Assembly (NCBI RefSeq): GCF_001194135.2
Contig: NC_068990.1
Location: 31,183,864-31,247,863 of the forward strand
Reading direction: 5' to 3'
DNA from: Octopus bimaculoides
Taxonomy: Eukaryota
DNA length: 64,000 nt
Shown here: one piece after another, positions 1 through 11,000 of the stretch
Layout: each line of letters begins with the position of its first letter
Numbering within the stretch: the first letter of the stretch is position 1
Position numbers and translations under genes: made by a program
Notes under the pieces: generated by a model
Database searches by the model: none
Told to the model about the DNA's origin: nothing
What the model saw: the letters and a program-made list of their open reading frames with translations, nothing else

Positions 1-78
1 TTTGTCTTTTCTTTCATATTGTTGTGTTTAATTCCATCTGCCTCAAGTATTCCTAGGTATTATTATTATCATTATTAT

Positions 79-738
79 TAAATCAGTAAACTGGCAGAAT
101 TCTTAGCAGATGCTTTGTGACATTTCATCTATCTTTACATTCTCAGTTCAAATTCTGCTGGGGTTGGCTTTTTGTCTTTCATCCTTTTGGGGTCGATAAA
201 ATAAGTACTAGTTGATGTAATTGACTACCCCCTCCTCCAAACTTCAGGCCTTGTGCCAATATTAAAAAGGATTATTATTATTATTATCAATATTATTATT
301 AAGGCAGTGAGCTGGTAGAATCATTAGCATGCCAGGCAAAAATACTTAGTAGCATTTTTGTCCATCTTCATGTTCTGAGTTCAAATTCTTTCAGGGTTGA
401 TAAATTAGACACTGGGATTGATGTTATCAACTAGTCTCCTCTCACCAAATTTCAAGCCTTGTGCCTTCATTAGTAAAGATTATTATTATTATTCAGGTGG
501 TGAGCTGGAAGAATCGTTAGCGCACCAGGTGAAATACTTAGCAGCATTTTGTCTATCCTCATGGTCTGAGTCTAGATTCTGCCAAGCTCAGCTTTGCCTC
601 TCATCAACTTCCAAACGGAGGTCAATGAAATGAGTACCAGTGACACACTGGAGTCAATGTAAATGACTAGCCCCTCCCCAACAATTTCAGTCCTTGTGCT
701 TAGAGTAGAAACGATTATTACTATTATTATTACTATTA
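79..738 (+). mobile_element. Three head-to-tail diverged copies of one SINE family, each ending in a (TAT)n tail (about 79-300, 301-492, 493-738)
   Basis: Shared blocks ggcagtgagctgg.agaatc.ttagc, ttct.agttcaaattct, gtc.at.aaat.agtac, ccttgtgc and (tat)n; a further fragment at 24415-24560. Confidence 0.8.
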
Positions 739-3262
739 TACTTTTAGTAAATTAATATAGTAAAATATGAAATCTGTATAATTTCTGTTTTTGTTAACTT
801 GATTGTTATACTGAAAATCCTGACAGGCCTGTTTTTTCATTTGTTTGTATTTTATTTTCTGTTATTTTAAAATTCTAACTACTTTAATCATCCATTTTTC
901 TGCATATTTAAAATTGTCATTAACTTTAAATTTCTCAGTCATTTTCATATGTTATATAAACTCATTGAATACATCAAATTATGAATTGTTCTTTCCTGGT
1001 GTCTCAGTATTCCAGGCGACATTTCACTCCAGACACGTAACAGTTGTATATTTTCTAGTGAAGAGTTTATCAATAAAAAGTTTATAAAAAGAAGTAAGTT
1101 TGATTATATTTTTGTTATACTCTTACTAAATTACCCAGCAGTGCTCGAGTTGGAGACTCAAGTAATTCACAATAGCATTGCACAATTTATAATAAATCTT
1201 GAAAGAACATTCAGCAAAGTCTTGGACTATGTTCATTTTGCAGATGTTTTGTTTAAAATATTTTTCCAGGTATTCTTATTTTAAATATATGTGATTTCAT
1301 CATCAACGTCATTATCATCAGCATTGAGATAAAATAATACTAGGTGGCACTGGTATCGACCATACAAAGTATCTATAAAAACTTCTGGTAGCAATTTTTT
1401 GAAGTGATCCCTTTAACTTTCAAGCTATACAGTTATGACAGAATATAGAAAAAGCACCCTGTTTATACATGTACAAGACTAAAGACCAAAAGGACTAGGA
1501 ACCTGAAATTGCAATATTTATTGATGGTATGAAGATAATTAACTAAATTTTCTGCAACCATCTTATATATAATATTCTCTTGTGTGACATCAGAACCCAA
1601 ATTTTATTACAATACTTAGCTATGTCCATTGTTATACATTTTACCATCTAAATTTCAATGGAGAAAGTCAACATTGTTTTATGAAGTACTTTTATAATTA
1701 TCATTTATTTCAATACATCTGAAATTATTTTGATACAGTATTACTTTTACACAATTGATATGTGTAAGACACATGTTCACCATTCAGAAACAAAGACTTA
1801 ACTTCACTTAAACATTTCTTGTTTGTAACATGGTGCAGTCCAACCCATGAACACTGTCAAGTCACAGTTTCACATGATGAAAATTTTGACACCATATTAC
1901 AATCAATAAATGTTTAAGTGAAGTTAACAGTCTTGTGTGTTTCTGATTGGCTAACGTGGGTCTTCCATGTTACAATTGTTTTAGTTTCAATATGTCTCAA
2001 ATCAAAACACTTGCCTTGCAATTGCTATTATAGTTTCTGATCTTAATTACAAATTTTCATCAAATTTAGGAATAAATAAAATTATATTGTAAAATTACAT
2101 GTTGCAATAATATTAACAATTTTCTTTTGCTAGCTCTAAAATAAGACAGTAAGTATTAAAATGAACTGATTTCTTCTTTAGTTATTTCCATGAGAAAATG
2201 GATAGAGTGACATATTTCATCAAATCTGTATTAACAAATGCCAGTTGCACCTCCAGATTGAAAAGTTGAATAGATTAACAAAGCATGTTGAAATTTTGTA
2301 AACTCTTTATTTTTAATTACAAGAATGCAGATGCATTAAACAAGATAAGGAATATGATGTTAAACATGATATAGTATCACACTAAATGCTTTGCAATATT
2401 TCTAAGTTCATATCCTACCAGTATAAATTCTGCCATACACCCTCCTAGGTCAATAAAGTTAAAACTAGATTTCAGTTGTTCAACAAAATGTACTTTTTTC
2501 CCTTCAAATCTGTGATCAAGTATTTATCAAATAATTATAGTTATTGAAACATATTTTAATACACTTAACTGTTTAAAATATCATTTTAAACATTTTTTTG
2601 AAGTTCTTAATAACTGACTTTGGTCACTAATCTCACATCAGCATTTTACAAACCTCCTTTGCTTTTGAATTTAAACAAAGAAACAATAATAGCAACAAAT
2701 ATTGGCATCTTTAGTAGACTCAAGTAACACTGGATTACAATGTTTGTTTATTCTATGTTAGCATGTAAATTAAACACCAGAGATGCTTTGCCCCATGAAG
2801 AAACTGCAGGAGCTCAGAGCTATTGCAAGCTTTTCTGAATCCATTGCAATGATGGAAACCTTTCCATATCATCAGCAGGTTAGCATGAATTATATTTCTG
2901 TTATTATTTCACTTACATTTCACATGCTTATAAATATTCTGTGAACACTATGAAAATATATCTGAATATACTCAATTATATTCAACTTCTGAGGTATGAC
3001 ATTTTCAGTAAAACTTAATAAGCAGCTGATAGATATTTTATAGATCTTCTATCATACTGACAGCTAATAGTTGAAAAAGAGAGGGAGAGAAAACAAAAAC
3101 AAACAAAAAAATCACTACTTAGACAAAGACCATATATACTAAATGAAAAAAAAATTGTGAAAATTTATCAATTATCTTTTTCAAATGCTGCTTACAAATA
3201 TAAACACCTAAACATTTCTATCTTAGCAGATAAGATGTATTCACTCTAACTGGGGTTATTAA

Positions 3263-3442
3263 CCCTTTTGTTACCATATTTCTGTTGCAACACTTTTTGT
3301 TTAAATTAATTTTGAAAATAATAAAGAACTGAATAAAACAACTTTTATCATTATTAAGCTAGTGTTTGGAATATAAATTAACAGGAAATTTTAACAGGTT
3401 TTAACAGACCACTTTAAAGCAAGAAGTTTGTAACAAAAGGGG
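3263..3442. mobile_element. piggyBac-type MITE
   Basis: TTAA|CCCTTTTGTTAC ... GTAACAAAAGGGG|TTAA termini; related to the 47479 and 52312 copies. Confidence 0.75.
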
Positions 3443-4070
3443 TTAACAATATAATTAGTTTCAACAACTATATATAAAACAATATATGATTTATGATAGA
3501 AGTATGAAAGGAAGTGTTAAGTTATGATAGTTATATATTTTCCAAGGCTGTAAGAAGTGATACAAACAATATGATTGCTAAAATATGAATACAGAGCCCC
3601 AGCCACACCAAAATATAAGTAAAAATATGAAATGGCATATAACTACCCTAAACAAATAAAATATGTTACACCAATCCGTTACTGAGTATTTGGACAAACT
3701 TTAGGATTAGAGAGTTAAAACATATTGATTCATTATGCTAAAGTCACACTCAAAAGAATTAGTTTCTCTGTAGATACATTTAAAACACGTAACTTACTTG
3801 GTATATAAAATTTCTCATATACATATGTGTGTACACACACACAAACACATATATACACATGAATTTAAAGCAACCATAAAACAAAAGAAGACTCAAATAT
3901 ATGTTTGCAGAGTACAATGTAATGTATGTTTATTAACAGCTGAATATTACAGTGTCACTTCTCAAGTGCCACCATTTCATAGTATGTAAGGTAATGTCTT
4001 GATGTGCTGTGAAATGGTGAAACTTCAGCCATGATAGTAAGTAAAGCATACATACATCAATACATTCATT

Positions 4071-4076
4071 TTTATT
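4071..4076 (-). promoter_or_regulatory. Candidate polyadenylation signal (AATAAA) for TM9SF1; another candidate at 4568-4573
   Basis: tttatt on the + strand about 730 nt past the stop, followed on the minus strand by a GU-rich tract. AATAAA is common by chance in AT-rich DNA. Confidence 0.3.
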
Positions 4077-4808
4077 GCATTTTGTAATATTATATATAAT
4101 TAAGTATGAAAGTCTTTTGCTATACCTACTCACTGACATTGTCCCTTAATAGAGTAATCAGTGACCAGGCTGTACACAGTACAATGAAAGAATTTGATTG
4201 CTAATAATATATATTATAATATAATAATATATAATCATATTATATATAATACTATTATATACAAAAACAAAGTGAATATAAATGTATATGTATGTTTTAA
4301 AGAATCATTGATTCTTTATCACAAAGTAATTGTTTCCATTTCAGCAGATTCTCATCAAACTTCTACAACTGTGAATTTTATAAAATCTCATAAAAAAAAG
4401 TACCTTTCTCAGCATTTAATCTTCTGAGTGCACCAGAAAAAACAAACAAAAACCAAACAAACAAAAAAACAGTTAATGCTTAAGTTCTAATAAAAGATGA
4501 TTTTGAATGAAATGATCTTGTGGGTCTTGAATATGCATGCTTAAATGCTGCTCTTTCATAACCAAATTTTATTTATACATATTTTTAAAAAATATTTTGC
4601 CACGTTCATTTACAATCATTGGAAATTTTTTTTGAAAAATATTAAATATGGATATTTTTCTACTTCAGGAGTAAAAATAATAACTGCAATTGAAATTAAA
4701 AAAAACCCTTATAATAGTGTTAACTTTTTACTGTTTCCCAATATATATGGAAAAAAAAATCATTAAAATTGATAATGATAAATAAAAACAAGATTAAATG
4801 AAACTGAA

Positions 4809-5010
4809 TTAGTCCATTTTTAAGTTCACATAAATGTAACGTACAAACTTTAGAGATGCAAAAAATGAGACAGTTCCAAGCATTAGAAAAAAGACATAAC
4901 ATGACAAAGTAGTGTAACCAAAGAATTCCAGTGTTTGAAGAAGTCCCGACATATTTGATCTTTTGAAGTAGTAGAAAAGTGCATAAAGGAATACAAAGCA
5001 GCCTGTGGAC
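4809..5010 (-). CDS. TM9SF1: TM9SF1 last coding exon: (G)[66 protein letters not shown]
   Basis: ttttctttttag acceptor; TAA stop at 4811-4809; C-terminus matches TM9SF1. Confidence 0.98.
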
Positions 5011-8000
5011 CTAAAAAGAAAATAATTTATTATTCATTAAGAGAAATATACATGTATATGTTGTGTTGTTGGCACTCCGTCGCTTACGACGACGAGGGTT
5101 CCAGTTGATCCGATCAAAGGAACAGCCTGCTCGTGAAATTAACGTGCAATTGGCTGAGCACTCCACAGACATGTGTACCTTTAACGTAGTTCTCGGGGAT
5201 ATTCACCGTGACACAGTGTGACAAGGCTAGCCCTTTGAAATACAGGTACAACAGAAACAGGAAGAAAGAGTGAGAGAAAGTTGTGGTGAAAGAGTACAGC
5301 AGGGTTCGCCACCATCCTCTGCCAGAGCCTCGTGGAGCTTTAGGTGTTTTCGCTCAATAAACACTCACAACGCCCGGTCTGGGAATCGAAACCGCGATCC
5401 TATGACCGCGAGTCCGCTGCCCTAACCATTGGGCCATTGCGCCTCCTCAATGTAATTACTGTTGACAGAAATGCTAGTTTTGTTCTGAAAATTTGAGGAT
5501 TTTTAAGATTTCAAATGGTATTTTATAATGTTATGAGCTTAAGTGATAACTGTCATCATCATTGTCAGATTTTTTTTTAATGCTGATTCAGTTTAAATAA
5601 ACATGAATAAAGCCTTTTCTCTAATTGTCTAGCTCTATGTCAGCCTTGATTCAACAGACCTATTTCAACTGTGACTATTTTGTATATTGAGGACTATATT
5701 GACTTTCTTTTTAAGACAGTATGGTTAGTATTTCTAGCAAATCAAACAACCATGTAGACCTTCTTTGTTGGCTTCTAATACAGAATGTTAAATGAAAATG
5801 TTGACATTTCCAGATCAGACTTTTTGCAAATCCTAAACAATTTTTGAGTTCACTTCCCAAAAATTGAAATACAAATCAATTTATAAACCTTCAAAGAGAT
5901 GTTTCAAGCATGAAGTAAAACTTACCCTGCACTAAAAATTGATCTCCACCACCATCTGTAGTCTTCAGCAGATAATTGGAAGTAGGTAAGAGCTACAGAA
6001 ATGCAAGCTGTCACGCTGAGCAAAATTCCATAAACAACAAATAAGATACCATAGAGTGTGTATTGTTCACGTCCCCAAAGTGTGGCAAATATATAATACA
6101 ACTCAACAGAAATAGCACTGCAAAGAAAACACATTTATAATAGCTATAATACAATCAATTTTTATATAGACATACATGTAATTGTTTTGTGTTTAAACAG
6201 TATTTACATATTACTCAAATTTACTTACTCTATACTTTGATGTATATTGTCCTGATGACATAGAATAGGTAAGAGCAGTTATATAATGAAAAGTAAAATG
6301 ATTAAGGGGAAATAACTCAAGTAGGTCAATGGCATAAATTTTGATAAAGAGTCACAAGCTGAATGATATATGCGAAACAATCCCAATTAATTGATGTTTC
6401 CCTCTAATTAGTGACAGTAAGCAAAAATACAGAGGTAATAATTGATAACTTCAAGGAATTAAGAATTGAATAAGCTTAGGAAGAAAATCTGATCTTAGTC
6501 GGCAAAGGAGACACTTAGATATATTTCAGTGTTATCAGATGCATCAACATAAACAATCTGTCCAAGCCTGCTTTGATTAAATGTAACTTTGATCTATATG
6601 TAAAATCTTTTTCATTGATACATAAATTTCATGAAACTATCTGCCTTACTATTTAAGAATTGCTAATAATTACCACCAGGTAATTAAGAAGTTTTACTAA
6701 TGCTATTGAGTACATCATATTTCCATAAAAGGAGATTTATTTTCATAAACGGAGGCTTGCATTGTGTTTAGAAGGCATTGCAATAGAAACTATCAATATA
6801 TTTATTTCTTTGCTTGGTTGATGTGAATATCAAGTGTACAAATTATACTAGTCAGCAATAAAATATGTACCCAATTTTTTAAATATATATATATATGTTG
6901 GTTCTGGATTTTGCAGATTCTTCAAAACTAGTGAGACAGATATGGCTTATCTCCACGTCCTGAAGATGTGGATATGGAAGGAATTCCAGAGGGTCGACAT
7001 TCTGATAAAGATTGAGAGTAAAAGTTAATGTGGAGTCCAATGGAGGGGATATGCCATATTGATGACAAGAGGGGAAGAGATAAATATGTTTGGTGGGTTG
7101 GTTAAGTGGGCTATGCAACTAGCTAGTTGAAGAGCAGAGGCAATTAGATTAGGCAGGTTGAGGAGGTAGTACTTCAGTAGGGTAGAATTTGTAGTGTGTG
7201 GATGAGTAAATCATTGCCATTAGATGGCTTTTTTGGATGTTTTTCAATGGTGGTATATTTATCACCATAAATTTTATCCAGTTATAAATCACAAATCGTA
7301 GCTGATATTTTAGTCTTACTTGTAAACTGACTTTGGAAATGAAATCATTAAAAAGTAATGTTTAATATTGGTTTTAAAAAATTCATTTTAATTTTTATTC
7401 GTATTTTTGGCCTGAACAGCCATATAACTTTATTAAATGATTTCAACTTAAAGCAAAATATTTTTGTAGTTTAATATTATAAAACATTTGCTCCTAAAAC
7501 ACATTGGATATTGAAAAACAGCTTATCACATTATAGTACATTAAAACGAGTTGCAATTAAAAAAACAAAATAGCAGTATGGTGACTAGTATACTTCATCA
7601 ATAAATATTTCTGAACGCATCCCAATGTCTACTAAGTATTGATGTTCCTTGGTATCACAATTCATTGGAGTAAAATATATTTTAAAATATTACCTGAATG
7701 GTAGAAATCCTCCCACAAGGCAATGAGCAAATGCAGACCTGTACCATGGAGCAGAGGGAATTTCACGAGCAATATTTTTTGTTCGACAAGGAGCATCAAA
7801 ACCATTTGCCCAATTTTTACCAAAAATGCCACCAACAACAGTTAAAGGGTATCCCACTGTAAATAGAAATGCATTTAGTAGTTTAAATAAAATTAAAATA
7901 TATAAAATTTGCTTTCAAGTGATATATATTATTCAATATCACTTCAGTGGCAAATAATATCAGTACAACAACTTCACTTCATATAAAATGATGAATTACT

Positions 8001-11000
8001 GGTAATAAATACAAAATATATGCTTCAAAATCTTACTTTTAGAGTACTTTATAATATATTTCTATGTGGTGGGTACAATATTTAATTCTAAACATCTATT
8101 TATCTTTGTGGATTGATGAAATTTACTTCCTGAACTAGAACCTATATACCTCATAGTTCTCAACTGATCTTATTTAATATGTAGTTAAAAATAATAAAAT
8201 GAAGTTGTTTTAAAACTTAATACAAATATTTTGTTTGTGAAGCTCATGAATGCCTTAGCTTGCCTCACTGCAGGCTCAGGTGATGCCCATGAGGGTGCTT
8301 GGCTTTTCAAACACCTTAGCCTCACCATCGCTCGTGGTAATGCTGCGAGCATGCTGGCTTGCTTCAGTAGGTTCCGTTGAACCTTGCGGTGTGTGACCAA
8401 TTGATGCATTGATGTTTTTTTTTTCTCTTTCTTCTCTCCCCCTTTTCTTTTTTTCTGTTTTTTCTTTGCCATTCTTTTGTAAAAATTATATTAGGTAAAA
8501 TAAAGAACAGAAATTACAAATATGAATGGATACAATGTTACCTCCCTTTAAATGAAGTAATTATTCAGAATAGGTTAGTTGTTCATGTAGTCTAGAAATT
8601 TAAAGTAGAGAAATAAATTTTTTAAAAAATTAAAAAAATGCATTCATGAGCTTCACTAACAAAATTTTGTCAGTTTTATCTTTCATGTCTAAGTTAAATT
8701 TGTTTCTACCTGAAAATACAGAGTTTCAGCCTTGCTAGAAATCCTTCTTCCATCTTTATTTTACATAACATATTTCATGTTATTCAATGTTATTTCTTTT
8801 GCCATTTCCCCCTTATCATTCTTTCTCACAACCTTTCCAGCTCAACTCTATCCATCAATTTTAACCCACTGTAATTTCCCTTTCTAAGTTCTTCTTAACT
8901 TCAAGTTCAAACTAAAAATGTTGAAAGAACTGGGAAGAAATATAATGAAATTAAAGCCAAATATGACTATACAAAGGAAAGAATTTTGCTAGAACAGTTA
9001 ATAAAACATTATATATTTATTTTATCCTTCATGTATAATAATAGTTATAATAATAGTTATGCTCAAGGTATATGTAATATTTTGATTAAAATATCAAGTT
9101 CAATACTAGGATAAATTATTCGTGTATCGATTACTAGCTGATCTTTGATAAAATTAATTATCCAGCATTTGCATTTTGAACCCAGATAATAATAGTACTT
9201 CAGTCTCTTGATACCCAACCTAGAAATATATGGTGAATTCTTAAACAAAATGAATAAAACAAGTGTATAAAAGAACATATGACAGCTATGAAATAAATAT
9301 TAAATCAACTAGGAACTGAACTGTAAAATTCATACTGTTTACAATATATTTAAAAAAAAGCCTTGCAAAATATTAAAAAAAACAAACTCTCCAACACATA
9401 ACAGATCCTAAATTTTGAGATTTCTCTTACCAAAGCACAACATACAATAAGTATGAAGAGGCCTAATAATAGGCCTTAGAGTCAACCTAGCAAAAACCAA
9501 AGTCTTACTAAGCAGGAAGGCAGAGAAACCACAAATCCCTTCAGGTAGATGGCCCTGCTCGATCTGTAGAAAAGGCATAGGTAGAAACTCCATAAGATGT
9601 ACCCAGTGTAAGCTATGGATACATAAAAGGTGTAGTAATATCAAAGGAAGGCTAACTGGAAAGATAGTTTTTGCGTGTACAAGAACAATAAACACTGAAA
9701 ATGTGCAGAAAACAGTTTCTGTCACATTCCAGGGGGAAAAACTACAAGTAGTTGATAGCTTCCATTACCTAGGTGACCAAGTCAGTAGTGGGGGTGGATG
9801 CTCTGAAAGTGTAGCTGCTAGAATAAGAATAGCCTGAGCAAAGTTCAGAGAGTTCCTACTTCTGCTGGTGACAAAGGGCTTCTCGCTCAGAGTAAAAGGT
9901 AGACTGTATGATGCATGTGTGCGAACAGCAATGCTACATGGCAGTGGAACATGGGCCATGACTGCTGAGGACATGCGTAAGCTTGCAAGGAATGAAGCCA
10001 GTATGTTCTGCTGGATGTGTAATGTCAGTGTGCATACATGACAGAGTGTAAGTGCCCTGAGAGAAAAGTTGGATTTAAGAAGCATCAGATGTGGTGTGCA
10101 GGAGAGATGATTGCACTGATATGGTCATGTGTTGCAAATGGATGAGGACAGCTGTGTAAAAAAAGTGTCACATCCAAGCAGTAGAGGGAACCTGTGGAAG
10201 AGGTAGACCCAGGAAGACCTGGGATGAGGTGGTGAAGCACTGTATTCAAACATTGGGCCTCACTGATGCAATGACAAGTGATCGAGACCTTTGGAGATGT
10301 GCTGTGCTTGAGAAGACCTGCCAAGCCAACTGAGACCATAACCATGGCCTATGCTAGTGCAGCATAACCAGCCCATTTAAGAGTACCCTTCAATCATTGG
10401 GGCAATAAACTGCACTTGCGAAGACATGTTGAGGCAAGTGAAATTGTTGTCATGGCTGATGACAGTACTACCTGATTGGCACCCATGCCAGTGGCACATT
10501 AAAAACACCATTCGAGCATAGTTGTTGCCAGAGCTACCTGACTGGCTCCTGTGCTAGTGGCATGTAAAAAAGCATCCATTACATTCTCAAAGTGGTTGGC
10601 GTTAGGAAGGGCATCAAGCTGTAGAAACTTTGCCAGTTCAGATTGGAACCTGTTACAGCCTTCTGGTTTGCCAGCCCTCAGTCAAACCGTCAAACCCACG
10701 CCAGCATGGAAAGCGGATGTTAAACGACGACAATGATGAATAGAGGATCTTTTGATAAAAAACTGTGACTTTAGATGTGTAAGAGCCCATAAGATGCTTA
10801 GATGGCATTCCAGATGTAAAAAGTTTGATTGCTGGGTTACCTAATTTGTGCTATGGATAGAGAGCACAGGAGCTAGAATAAGGAAAGGGTGGGAAAAGTT
10901 AGTTCAGGGAGCTATTGCCTCTGCTAGCAACAAATGTTTTCTCTCTTGGTGATAAAAGTAGGCAATACAAAGCATGTAAAATGTTGCATAAAAGGTAGAG

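Noticed and set aside
2788-2850. SECIS-like ATGA...TGA hairpin on the + strand
   Set aside because: No AA at the expected apical position, helix I is weak, and no selenoprotein CDS is visible.
2817-2877. C/D-box snoRNA-like TGATGA...CTGA on the minus strand
   Set aside because: The C box lacks the leading purine, there is no terminal stem, and it is not intronic.
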